Shown: positions 1 through 8,328 of the stretch, one piece after another
How the letters are laid out: every line of letters begins with the position of its first letter
Numbering within the stretch: the stretch's first letter is position 1
Virus record (IMG/VR): IMGVR_UViG_2529292905_000015
Strand: one strand, 5' to 3'
DNA: 28,103 nucleotides
Source: a virus
Taxonomy: Duplodnaviria; Heunggongvirae; Uroviricota; Caudoviricetes
Notes under the pieces: generated by a model
The model's database searches: none
What the model was told of the DNA's origin: nothing
Seen by the model: only the letters and a program-made list of their open reading frames with translations
Translations under genes and position numbers: made by a program

Positions 1-1032
1 TTATTTGATTTCAATTTTGTCCCACTCCCTGCCTCTGTCATCACGATACTGTGATGCCATGGTGTCCGACTTATGCCCGAGAAGATGTTGAGCAAACTTA
101 TCGCTTATCTGCTTCTCATAGAGTCTTGCAGACAAACTGCGCAACTCGTGAAAGGTAGGCGGATCCCCTTCGAAGGAAAGACCTGATGCTTTTCGTGCGC
201 GCATAAAATACCTTGATACTGTGCCGGATGAAAGCGGTTCACGACGAGTAGATGCAATTATGGTTTCTCCGCCAAGAATCTCTTTGCATTTATCAAGTGT
301 TTCCTTCATTGATATCCCGAGAGCATCAACATGCAATGTTGTAGGGATGGCAATTTTTACGCCTGTTTTGCTTTGTTCGACATAAAGATATCCATCTACG
401 ATATCAGACCACTTCATTTCGCATAAATCACCAACTCGCTGCCCGGTAACAACAGCCAGTTCCATTGCAAGTCTGAGCCAACATGGTGATGATTCTGCTG
501 CTTGATAAATTTTCAGGTATTCGTCAGCCGTAAGTCTTGATCTCCTTACCTCTGATTTTGCTGCGCGAGTGGCAGCGACCGGGTTTGTTGTTATATGGCC
601 TTCAGCTATTGCCTCTCGGAATGCATCGCTCAGTGTTGATCTGATTAACTTGGCTGACGCCGCCTTGCCCTCGTCTATGTATCCATTGAGCATTGCCGCA
701 ATTTCTTTTGTGGTGATGTCTTCAAGTGGAGCATCAGGCAGCCCCCTCCTTATTGCTTTAATTTTGCTCATGTAATTTATGAGTGTCTTCTGCTTGATTC
801 CTCTGCTGGCGAGGATTTTTTCGTAGCGATCAAGCCATGAATGTAACGTAACAGAATTATCACTGTTGATTCTCGCTGTCAGAGGCTTGTGTTTGTGTCC
901 TGAAAATAACTCAATATTGGCCTGTATTGCTTCAGTGATTGCTATCCTCCTGTCTCGGCCTAAACCAAACTCTTTACCCGTCCTTGGGTCCCTGTAGCAG
1001 TAATATCCATTGTTTCTTATATAAAGGTTAGG
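1..1032 (-). pseudogene. int: Lambda-type tyrosine integrase (Int), truncated at its 5' end by IS629; lacks about the first 12 codons. The ORF-track extension to 1125 runs into the IS and begins on a TTG.
   Basis: Translation is near-identical to remembered lambda Int from PNLYIRNNGYYCYRDPRTGKEF through the C-terminal REWDKIEIK; stop codon at 1-3 on the minus strand; the IS629 terminal repeat starts at 1033 immediately after the PNLY codons. Confidence 0.85.
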
Positions 1033-1086
1033 TGAACCGCCCCGGGAATCCTGGAGACTAAACTCCCTGAGAAAGAGGTAAACAGG

Positions 1087-1413
1087 ATGACTAAAAATAC
1101 ACGTTTTTCCCCCGAGGTCCGTCAACGGGCAGTTCGTATGGTTCTGGAAAGTCAGGGCGAATATGACTCACAATGGGCGGCAATTTGTTCCATTGCCCCA
1201 AAGATTGGCTGTACGCCAGAGACTCTGCGTGTGTGGGTTCGTCAGCATGAGCGGGATACCGGGAGTGGTGATGGTGGATTCACCACCGCTGAACGTCAGC
1301 GTCTGAAAGAGCTGGAACGTGAAAATCGTGAACTGCGCCGCAGTAACGATATCCTTCGCCAGGCTTCCGCTTATTTTGCGAAGGCGGAGTTCGACCGCCT
1401 CTGGAAAAAATAA
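1087..1413 (+). CDS. IS629 transposase OrfA (helix-turn-helix DNA-binding subunit)
   Basis: 108 aa, [30 protein letters not shown]..., matches remembered IS629/IS1203 OrfA; ends in an A-run followed by TAATG that overlaps the OrfB start. Confidence 0.9.
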   Translation: MTKNTRFSPEVRQRAVRMVLESQGEYDSQWAAICSIAPKIGCTPETLRVWVRQHERDTGSGDGGFTTAERQRLKELERENRELRRSNDILRQASAYFAKAEFDRLWKK

Positions 1414-2300
1414 TGCCACTGCTGGATAAGCTGCGTGAGCAGTACGGGGTCGGACCGGTATGCAGTGAACTGCATATTGCCCCGTCAACGTATTACCACT
1501 GTCAGCAACAGCGACATCATCCTGATAAACGCAGTGCCCGTGCGCAGCGCGATGACTGGCTGAAGAGAGAGATACAGCGCGTATACGATGAAAATCATCA
1601 GGTGTACGGTGTGCGTAAAGTCTGGCGCCAGTTGTTACGCGAAGGTATCAGGGTGGCCAGATGTACAGTGGCGCGCCTCATGGCGGTTATGGGACTTGCC
1701 GGTGTTCTCCGGGGTAAAAAGGTCCGTACTACCGTCAGCCGGAAAGCCGTTTCCGCAGGCGACCGCGTAAACCGTCAGTTCGTGGCAGAACGTCCTGACC
1801 AGCTGTGGGTGGCTGATTTTACTTACGTCAGCACATGGCAGGGCTTCGTCTATGTGGCGTTCATCATTGATGTGTTTGCCGGATGCATCGTGGGGTGGCG
1901 AGTCTCATCGTCTATGGAAACGACATTCGTGCTGGATGCACTGGAGCAGGCGTTGTGGGCCCGTCGGCCGTCCGGCACAGTCCATCACAGTGATAAAGGT
2001 TCTCAGTATGTATCACTGGCCTATACGGAGCGACTAAAAGAAGCAAAACTGCTGGCATCAACAGGGAGTACAGGTGACTCGTATGACAACGCGATGGCGG
2101 AGAGCATCAATGGTCTTTACAAAGCGGAGGTAATACACCGTAAGAGCTGGAAAAACCGTGCAGAAGTGGAACTGGCCACACTCACGTGGGTGGACTGGTA
2201 TAACAATCGACGATTGCTGGGAAGGCTGGGTCATATCCCTCCGGCAGAAGCAGAAAAAGCTTATTATGCTTCCATCAGAAACGATGATCTGGCAGCCTGA
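1413..2300 (+). CDS. IS629 transposase OrfB (DDE catalytic subunit), in the -1 frame relative to OrfA; normally made as an OrfAB fusion by frameshifting
   Basis: 295 aa with an integrase-core DDE-type sequence (…WVADFTYV…HSDKGSQY…YDNAMAES…); the frame relationship to OrfA is typical of IS3-family elements. Confidence 0.9.
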   Translation: MPLLDKLREQYGVGPVCSELHIAPSTYYHCQQQRHHPDKRSARAQRDDWLKREIQRVYDENHQVYGVRKVWRQLLREGIRVARCTVARLMAVMGLAGVLRGKKVRTTVSRKAVSAGDRVNRQFVAERPDQLWVADFTYVSTWQGFVYVAFIIDVFAGCIVGWRVSSSMETTFVLDALEQALWARRPSGTVHHSDKGSQYVSLAYTERLKEAKLLASTGSTGDSYDNAMAESINGLYKAEVIHRKSWKNRAEVELATLTWVDWYNNRRLLGRLGHIPPAEAEKAYYASIRNDDLAA

Positions 2301-2370
2301 GTTCACAGATAAAACACTCTCCAGGAAAACCGGGGCGGTTCAGCCTTTTTATTTGGGGGAGAGGGAAGTC

Positions 2371-2811
2371 ATGAAAAAACTAACCTTTGAAATTCGATCT
2401 CCAGCACATCAGCAAAACGCTATTCACGCAGTACAGCAAATCCTTCCAGACCCAACCAAACCAATCGTAGTAACCATTCAGGAACGCAACCGCAGCTTAG
2501 ACCAAAACAGGAAGCTATGGGCCTGCTTAGGTGACGTCTCTCGTCAGGTTGAATGGCATGGTCGCTGGCTGGATGCAGAAAGCTGGAAGTGTGTGTTTAC
2601 CGCAGCATTAAAGCAGCAGGATGTTGTTCCTAACCTTGCCGGGAATGGCTTTGTGGTAATAGGCCAGTCAACCAGCAGGATGCGTGTAAGCGAATTTGCG
2701 GAGCTATTAGAGCTTATACAGGCATTCGGTACAGAGCGTGGCGTTAAGTGGTCAGACGAAGCGCGACTGGCTCTCGAATGGAAAGCGCGATGGGGAGACA
2801 GGGCGGCATGA
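2371..2811 (+). CDS. ninB: NinB (Orf family recombination protein)
   Basis: [56 protein letters not shown]... is near-identical to lambda NinB; ATG at 2371 preceded by GGGAGAGGGAAG; stop overlaps the next start (ATGA). Confidence 0.9.
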   Translation: MKKLTFEIRSPAHQQNAIHAVQQILPDPTKPIVVTIQERNRSLDQNRKLWACLGDVSRQVEWHGRWLDAESWKCVFTAALKQQDVVPNLAGNGFVVIGQSTSRMRVSEFAELLELIQAFGTERGVKWSDEARLALEWKARWGDRAA

Positions 2812-2990
2812 GACGACAGCGACGAAGTTTCACCGACATCATCTGCGAAAACTGCAAATACCTTCCAACGAAACGCTCCAGAAATAAACGCAAGCCAATC
2901 CCAAAAGAATCTGACGTAAAAACCTTCAACTACACGGCTCACCTGTGGGATATCCGGTGGCTAAGACATTGTGCGAGGAAAACAAGGTGA
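2808..2990 (+). CDS. ninE: NinE-like small protein (60 aa)
   Basis: [51 protein letters not shown] matches remembered lambda NinE; start overlaps the ninB stop. Confidence 0.75.
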   Translation: MRRQRRSFTDIICENCKYLPTKRSRNKRKPIPKESDVKTFNYTAHLWDIRWLRHCARKTR

Positions 2991-3157
2991 TTGACCAAAA
3001 TCGAAGTTACGAACAAGAAAGCGTCGAGCGAGCTTTAACGTGCGCTAACTGCGGTCAGAAGCTGCATGTGCTGGAAGTTCACGTGTGTGAGCACTGCTGC
3101 GCAGAGCTGATGAGCGATTCGAATAGCTCGATGCACGAGGAAGAAGATGATGGCTAA
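2945..3157 (+). CDS. ninF: NinF-like small Cys-rich protein; start uncertain (GTG at 2945 or GTG near 2987)
   Basis: C-terminal part [45 protein letters not shown] matches remembered lambda NinF; the first codon of the track ORF is GTG. Confidence 0.7.
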   Translation: MGYPVAKTLCEENKVIDQNRSYEQESVERALTCANCGQKLHVLEVHVCEHCCAELMSDSNSSMHEEEDDG

Positions 3158-3770
3158 ACCAGCGCGAAGACGATGTAAAAACGATGAATGTCGGGAATGG
3201 TTTCACCCTGCATTCGCTAATCAGTGGTGGTGCTCTCCAGAGTGTGGAACCAAGATAGCACTCGAACGACGAAGCAAAGAACGCGAAAAAGCGGAAAAGG
3301 CAGAAAAGGCAGCAGAGAAGAAACGACGACGAGAGGAGCAGAAACAGAAAGATAAACTTAAGATTCAAAAACTCGCCTTAAAGCCCCGCAATTACTGGAT
3401 TAAACAAGCCCAACAAGCCGTAAACGCCTTCATCAGAGAAAGAGACCGCGACTTACCATGTATCTCGTGCGGAACGCTCACGTCTGCTCAGTGGGATGCC
3501 GGACATTACCGGACAACTGCTGCGGCACCTCAACTCCGATTTGATGAACGCAATATTCACAAGCAATGCGTGGTGTGCAACCAGCACAAAAGCGGAAATC
3601 TCGTTCCGTATCGCGTCGAACTGATTAGCCGCATCGGGCAGGAAGCAGTAGAGGAAATCGAATCAAACCATAACCGCTATCGCTGGACTGTCGAAGAGTG
3701 CAGGGCCATCAAGGCGGAGTATCAACAGAAACTTAAAAAACTGCGAAACAGCAGAAGTGAGGTTGCATGA
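3147..3770 (+). CDS. ninG: NinG (Rap-like recombination protein)
   Basis: [42 protein letters not shown]... near-identical to lambda NinG; start overlaps the ninF end. Confidence 0.9.
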   Translation: MMAKPARRRCKNDECREWFHPAFANQWWCSPECGTKIALERRSKEREKAEKAEKAAEKKRRREEQKQKDKLKIQKLALKPRNYWIKQAQQAVNAFIRERDRDLPCISCGTLTSAQWDAGHYRTTAAAPQLRFDERNIHKQCVVCNQHKSGNLVPYRVELISRIGQEAVEEIESNHNRYRWTVEECRAIKAEYQQKLKKLRNSRSEVA

Positions 3771-4432
3771 ATATCTACGAAAGAATTGATGGCAGCAAAT
3801 ACCGAAATATTTGGGTAGTTGGCGATCTGCACGGATGCTACACGAACCTGATGAAAAAACTGGAGACGATAGGATTCGACACCAAAAAAGACCTGCTTAT
3901 CTCGGTGGGCGATTTGGTTGATCGCGGTACAGAGAACGTAGAATGCCTGGAATTAATCACATTCCCCTGGTTCAGAGCTGTACGTGGAAACCATGAGCAA
4001 ATGATGATTGATGGCTTATCAGAGCGTGGAAACGTCAATCACTGGCTGCTTAATGGCGGTGGCTGGTTCTTTAATCTCGATTACGACAAAGAAATTCTGG
4101 CTAAAGCTCTTGCCCATAAAGCAGATGAACTTCCGTTAATCATCGAACTGGTGAGTAAAGGAAAAAAATATGTCATCTGCCACGCCGATTATCCTTGTGA
4201 TAAATACGAGTTTGGAAAGCCAGTTGATCATCAGCAGGTAATCTGGAACCGCGAACGAATCAGCAACTCACAAGACGGGATCGTGAAAGAAATCAAAGGC
4301 GCGGACACGTTCATCTTTGGTCATACGCCAGCAGTGAAACCACTCAAATTTGCCAACCAGATGTATATCGATACTGGCGCAGTGTTCTGCGGAAACCTCA
4401 CATTGATTCAGGTACAGGGAGAAGGCGCATGA
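3767..4432 (+). CDS. ninI: NinI-type serine/threonine protein phosphatase (PPP family)
   Basis: GDLHGCY and GNHE metallophosphatase motifs; near-identical to remembered lambda NinI (221 aa); ATGA overlap with ninG; GAGG Shine-Dalgarno upstream. ninC, ninD and ninH are absent. Confidence 0.9.
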   Translation: MNIYERIDGSKYRNIWVVGDLHGCYTNLMKKLETIGFDTKKDLLISVGDLVDRGTENVECLELITFPWFRAVRGNHEQMMIDGLSERGNVNHWLLNGGGWFFNLDYDKEILAKALAHKADELPLIIELVSKGKKYVICHADYPCDKYEFGKPVDHQQVIWNRERISNSQDGIVKEIKGADTFIFGHTPAVKPLKFANQMYIDTGAVFCGNLTLIQVQGEGA

Positions 4433-4560
4433 GACTCGAAAGCGTAGCTAAATTTCATTCGCCAAAAAGCCCGATGATGAGCGACTCACTACTGGCCACA
4501 GTTTATTGGTTTTCGTAACTGAGTCATTTTATTATTTTATTGCAACTTTTAATCTTTTAT

Positions 4561-4610
4561 AGTGCGAAATAAATGGAGCTGGCATTCATTTCGCACTTTA
4601 TGTTTTTGTT
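4561..4610 (+). terminator. Putative intrinsic terminator: perfect 10-bp inverted repeat (AGTGCGAAAT / ATTTCGCACT) with a 17-nt loop, followed by TTATGTTTTTGTT
   Basis: Read directly from the sequence; lies between ninI and the convergent minus-strand cargo gene. The T-rich tail is on the plus strand only. Confidence 0.45.
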
Positions 4611-4643
4611 GGACTTATGTTATTTTGATTGAATTCAATTCAG

Positions 4644-5603
4644 TTAAAAAAAGAAGGTGATTGCTCCATTTATAAATGAATAGTCATCCCCTGTCTTGAA
4701 TTCTGATGTTACTTTATTAAATGCTAGTGTGAAGGCTACAGGTGCATACCCAATTGTTGCGCCAACTTGATATTCATCAACAGTTTTGTTTAGCGATACT
4801 GTTGTTTGTTTCGTCTGTATTGTTTTTCCTTCGAGAGTATAGTTGCGATTGACATCTCGTCTTTCCATACCTGCAAAAATCTTGTATTTGAATCCGCTTG
4901 TATCGGACATATGCATTAAACCACGGGGAGCCAGCAGACCAAAGCCATTATCCGAATTGAAGGTTTTATCATTACCAATGGCAATGGTTGCGCCATATGC
5001 TACATATTGAAATAAGTTTCCAGTAACAGCAGAAACTTCAGGGTATAATCCAACATTAGCACCTAAAATATCCATACTTGGTGTCATGGATAGCATCCCT
5101 TTTACAGTATAACCGTAGCGATTCTCTATTTGATCATCCCATGCATGATATTTTTCTGCCCCAATAATCTCATGAGCTTTATTTTGTACTTTCTGACCGC
5201 CTGCGTCGGGGCCAACAACACCTATGTCAGTACCTAATCGATAGCGAATCCAGTCATTCGCAAGGGAGTTCCATTCAATACCAGTGTGAGTGTATGCACT
5301 AAAAGCTCTGTCTCCAGTTACAGCTGTGTTGTGTCTTTTATTACTGCCTGATGGAGAGTAAATATCTTGCGCAATATGGAGAGATAATTGGCTCGAGTCT
5401 GAGATATCGTGGCTATATCCCAGAAATAAGCCTTGTGAGTAATCATCTCTGTTTTCATGTTTATTGCCATAAATATCATTAAGTATTGGTTGAAACTTCC
5501 CTGCATCATCATTTGCTAATGATAATGCAAGGCTGTTCGCGATAGCTGAACACGTGGTAAATGACAGAGCAATAAAGACGCCAGCGATGACACTTTTTTT
5601 CAT
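4644..5603 (-). CDS. Outer-membrane beta-barrel protein, cargo gene; tentatively LpxR-like lipid A 3'-O-deacylase
   Basis: 319 aa; N-terminal signal peptide MKKSVIAGVFIALSFTTCSA; alternating amphipathic segments; C-terminal aromatic FFF typical of a beta-barrel signature; AT-rich with atypical codon usage; antisense to the flanking phage genes. Size and position recall the prophage-borne LpxR of EHEC, but this is from memory, not a sequence match. Confidence 0.7.
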   Translation of the reverse strand: MKKSVIAGVFIALSFTTCSAIANSLALSLANDDAGKFQPILNDIYGNKHENRDDYSQGLFLGYSHDISDSSQLSLHIAQDIYSPSGSNKRHNTAVTGDRAFSAYTHTGIEWNSLANDWIRYRLGTDIGVVGPDAGGQKVQNKAHEIIGAEKYHAWDDQIENRYGYTVKGMLSMTPSMDILGANVGLYPEVSAVTGNLFQYVAYGATIAIGNDKTFNSDNGFGLLAPRGLMHMSDTSGFKYKIFAGMERRDVNRNYTLEGKTIQTKQTTVSLNKTVDEYQVGATIGYAPVAFTLAFNKVTSEFKTGDDYSFINGAITFFF

Positions 5604-5993
5604 ATGTTATTGTCTTCCTTTTTTTGAATGGTGCGCGTATTTTACATACATGAGTTTGTAATACAAGGTGCGTAATCAATATGATGTTTTATAATTGCGT
5701 GAGACAATTGATTTATTCGTTTTTTATTGCGGTTTTTATTATCTTTTAATGTAACGGTGTTTTTATTAAGTGTGTTTGCGTGGTGTTTTATGTTTTTTAT
5801 AATTTTTATTTTATTAAATTTAAATGCATTAGTAATGGCTATTCTATATAGCAATATAAGAACTGTTACAAAAAAAGGGGGGGCAATTACAGGTAGTTAT
5901 GGATGATGAGTGAAACAGATATTGGAGAACCGGGGAATGAATGATGTCTGAGTCTTATATATCAGAACTCCTTCGCTGTCGCTGGGGGCTCCT
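5604..5993. promoter_or_regulatory. Strongly AT-rich divergent intergenic region with phased T-tracts (GTTTTTATT repeats); probable promoter region for the cargo gene and Q, and a plausible curved-DNA / H-NS target
   Basis: Repeated T5-6 tracts spaced roughly 10-12 bp apart between about 5690 and 5820; sits between divergent genes. H-NS binding is inferred from composition only. Confidence 0.4.
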
Positions 5994-6767
5994 GTGCTTA
6001 TGTCGTTTCCCCGATTCGGTTTTGAACGATTACCGAATGTTGAAGAATTATGCCAAAATATAGAAAGGATTTACTGCATGAATACCCAATATTTACAGTA
6101 TGTTCGTGAGCAACTTATGGCAGCTACTGCTGACTTGAACGGAGCAACGAAAGGCCAGCTCGAAGCCTGGCAGGAGCATGCACAATTTGATACTGGTACA
6201 TACAAACGAAAGAAGCCGCGCATTCTGGATGTGGTAACTGGCAAGATGATTACGCTGGATAATACGCCGACTTCCGGTAAGCAGTCGTACGCAAAAGGTT
6301 CATCCATTGCTTTGGTCAGCCCGGTTGAATTCTCAACCTCTTCATGGCGCCGCGCGGTTTTGTCTCTCGATGAACATCAGAAAGCATGGTTGCTTTGGTG
6401 TTACAGCGAAAGCGTTCGATGGGGGCATCAGGTCACCATAACGCAATGGGCATGGAGCGAGTTTAAAGATTTGTTAAGTAACAGAAAAATTGCAGGTAAG
6501 ACACTGGATCGCCTGAAGACGTTAATCTGGCTGGCTGCACAGGATGTGAAGAGCGAACTTGCAGGGCGTGAGGCCTATGAATACCAGACACTGGCATCAT
6601 TGGTGGGAGTGACAACAAAAAACTGGTCCGAGACATTTACTGAACGCTGGGTTGCAATGAAGCACATTTTTCTACAGCTTGATAGTGATGCTTTATTGCT
6701 TGTGACGAGAACACGTTCAAAACAAAAGGCAGCATTTTTACAGCAAAATATTGCAAAACTGGATTAA
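5994..6767 (+). CDS. Late-gene antiterminator Q, long form; probable true start at ATG 6078 (MNTQYLQYVREQL...)
   Basis: Sits between the nin region and the PR'-tR' unit and lysis genes; resembles the roughly 250-aa Q proteins of E. coli cryptic prophages (from memory); the track ORF begins on GTG at 5994; ATG 6078 has an AGGA motif about 8 nt upstream. Confidence 0.6.
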   Translation: MLMSFPRFGFERLPNVEELCQNIERIYCMNTQYLQYVREQLMAATADLNGATKGQLEAWQEHAQFDTGTYKRKKPRILDVVTGKMITLDNTPTSGKQSYAKGSSIALVSPVEFSTSSWRRAVLSLDEHQKAWLLWCYSESVRWGHQVTITQWAWSEFKDLLSNRKIAGKTLDRLKTLIWLAAQDVKSELAGREAYEYQTLASLVGVTTKNWSETFTERWVAMKHIFLQLDSDALLLVTRTRSKQKAAFLQQNIAKLD

Positions 6768-6779
6768 AAGCCATATACT
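6751..6779 (+). promoter_or_regulatory. PR'-like late promoter: -35 TTGCAA (6751-6756), 17-bp spacer, -10 TATACT (6774-6779); the Q-utilisation site is expected to overlap
   Basis: Sigma-70 consensus-like hexamers with ideal spacing, immediately after the Q stop and about 35 nt upstream of a strong terminator; a -10-like TATGTT lies in the initially transcribed region, as at lambdoid pause sites. Confidence 0.5.
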
Positions 6780-6814
6780 TCATGCAAATTTGGTATGTTG
6801 TAAAAAATGTATAA

Positions 6815-6839
6815 ACCCGCTGCCGAGTGGGTTTTTTTT
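6815..6839 (+). terminator. tR'-like intrinsic terminator: 7-bp stem ACCCGCU / AGUGGGU (one G-U pair), GCCG loop, then eight T
   Basis: Hairpin plus T8 read directly from the sequence, about 35 nt downstream of the PR'-like -10. Confidence 0.7.
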
Positions 6840-6936
6840 ATGCCCTGAGTTGTACTTGTACGGTAAACATGCTGGCTGCTATGTAATAGAGTTTTTTTAG
6901 CCTGTAACCTCTTGACGGCATTGAATTGCTTTTGTT

Positions 6937-7695
6937 ATGAGTTGTAAGCCAATGTTATCATCTTGTATTGGGGTGGTTATGAAGGATGGTGCGCTGCTCA
7001 GGAGTTCTTCACTTTTTATTGCCTACATGGGATGCCTTGGATGGGGGAGTGCTTATTTCTATGGATGGGGTACTTCTTTTTACTACGGCTTCCCATGGTG
7101 GATTGTAGGTGCAGGTGTTGATGATGTTGCCAGAAGTTTATTTTTTGCAGTTATCGTCATTGCTATATTTCTTATCGGTTGGGGTATTGGTGTTGTATTC
7201 TTTTTCGCAGTGAAAAGAAAACATTCTATGCAAGAGCTAAATGTATTTCGCCTTTATTTTGCTGTGGAATTATTGTTTGTGCCGGCAATTATTGAGTTTT
7301 CTATATTGAGACAGAAGATTCAGGTACCTCTTTTGCTACTGTCAGCAGCGATTGCGCTGGCGGTTACAATTTCGATAAGATCTTATGGGCGATTTTTATC
7401 GGTATCATGCTTCTATGATAAGCCATTTATAAAAAAACATTTTTTTGAGATTGTGATGATTGCTTTTGTGGCATATTTCTGGCTTTTTTCATTTCTGACA
7501 GGATATTACAAACCACAGTTTAAGAAAGAATATGAAATGATTAATTATAATGATGGTTGGTATTATGTTCTTGCTCGTTATGATAATTGTCTGGTTTTGT
7601 CTACTTCTTTCAATGCAGGTAGTAAAAGGTTTGTCATTTATCAATCAGCACAAGATAAGAATCTTCAGGTTGATATTGTAAGGACCAGAATTTAA
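6937..7695 (+). CDS. Polytopic inner-membrane protein of unknown function (moron between Q and the lysis cassette); start ambiguous (ATG 6937, 6952 or 6979)
   Basis: About 5 predicted hydrophobic helices, an aromatic/Gly-rich N-terminal segment (GWGSAYFYGWGTSFYYGFPWW) and a roughly 60-aa hydrophilic C-terminal tail; AT-rich; possible own promoter TTGACG (6912-6917) with TATGAG about 18 bp downstream. Confidence 0.65.
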   Translation: MSCKPMLSSCIGVVMKDGALLRSSSLFIAYMGCLGWGSAYFYGWGTSFYYGFPWWIVGAGVDDVARSLFFAVIVIAIFLIGWGIGVVFFFAVKRKHSMQELNVFRLYFAVELLFVPAIIEFSILRQKIQVPLLLLSAAIALAVTISIRSYGRFLSVSCFYDKPFIKKHFFEIVMIAFVAYFWLFSFLTGYYKPQFKKEYEMINYNDGWYYVLARYDNCLVLSTSFNAGSKRFVIYQSAQDKNLQVDIVRTRI

Positions 7696-8125
7696 TTGGC
7701 TGCATAAATAATATTTTAAGTTGCAAGTTGGCTATTCGTAGGAATAGAACCTTAGGCATGCTGAATGCGTTTCCTGAACATTGTTTTATAAACTGTGTCT
7801 GCTTGCTGTTGTGATCCTGCTTTTAGTGATGGTGATGATGGATTTCACCAGCAGGATAATGTTGGTACTGACTGATGGCGCTCTGGTCTGCGGCATTGTG
7901 GTATTGCTGTGGCCGATGATGAAAGAACAGAATGAATAATTCTTGACTTTTTTGTTTACTGTTTATTAAAAAATCAACCGCATGGTGAATCCTCCTTGGA
8001 GGGGCTAAATGATCGAGTTTTAAGGGCACGTAGCGAGTTCTGTTTGATCATTGCAGAACTTAGCGGGAGGCGCCATGCGTACATCACTAATGTTATTTCC
8101 TTCTATCATTTTCCTTGTGAGTTCT

Positions 8126-8152
8126 GGCTGCGCATGGCGCGGCCTTTTTTTT
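8126..8152 (+). terminator. Strong intrinsic terminator: GGCUGCGC-AUG-GCGCGGCC hairpin followed by eight T
   Basis: 8-bp GC-rich stem with one G-U pair and a T8 tract, read directly; lies downstream of the moron and upstream of the lysis cassette. Confidence 0.7.
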
Positions 8153-8328
8153 ATGACCTGCCACTGGCAGATGGTCATCCTGTGATTTGATTCCGGTTCC
8201 GGCTTTTTAACTCTGTTCCTGTACACGGGAGAAATTCTATGTCGATTAATCGTTATGATATTGGTTACAAGAAGTACCACGTATTGTGTTGAGATAGAAA
8301 GCATGGTGCCAGAGGTAAATGCAGCAGC

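Larger units (their letters stand above)
1033..2342 (+). mobile_element. IS629 (IS3 family) insertion sequence, complete 1310 bp copy with imperfect terminal inverted repeats
   Basis: Left end TGAACCGCCCCGGGAATCCTGGAGA at 1033; right end reads ...TCTCCAGGAAAACCGGGGCGGTTCA ending at 2342; encodes the characteristic OrfA/OrfB pair; flanking triplets AGG and GCC differ, so there is no target-site duplication. Confidence 0.9.

Noticed and set aside
1168-1488. 106-aa minus-strand ORF inside IS629, and the 60-80-aa ORFs at 1588-2306
   Set aside because: Overlap the transposase genes in alternative frames; IS629 is known to encode only OrfA and OrfB.
2544-2942. 132-aa and 61-aa minus-strand ORFs across ninB and ninE
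   Set aside because: Antisense to well-supported nin genes; no start context.
5642-5854. 70-aa minus-strand ORF in the AT-rich intergenic region
   Set aside because: Lys/Asn/Ile-rich translation typical of AT-rich non-coding DNA; coincides with the phased T-tract array.
7940-8075. Possible tRNA genes upstream of the lysis cassette, as in Stx phages
   Set aside because: Scanned 7696-8075 and 8186-8560 by eye for a T-psi-C-loop GGTTCGAATCC-type motif with flanking acceptor-stem complementarity and found none; a manual scan cannot fully exclude a divergent tRNA.
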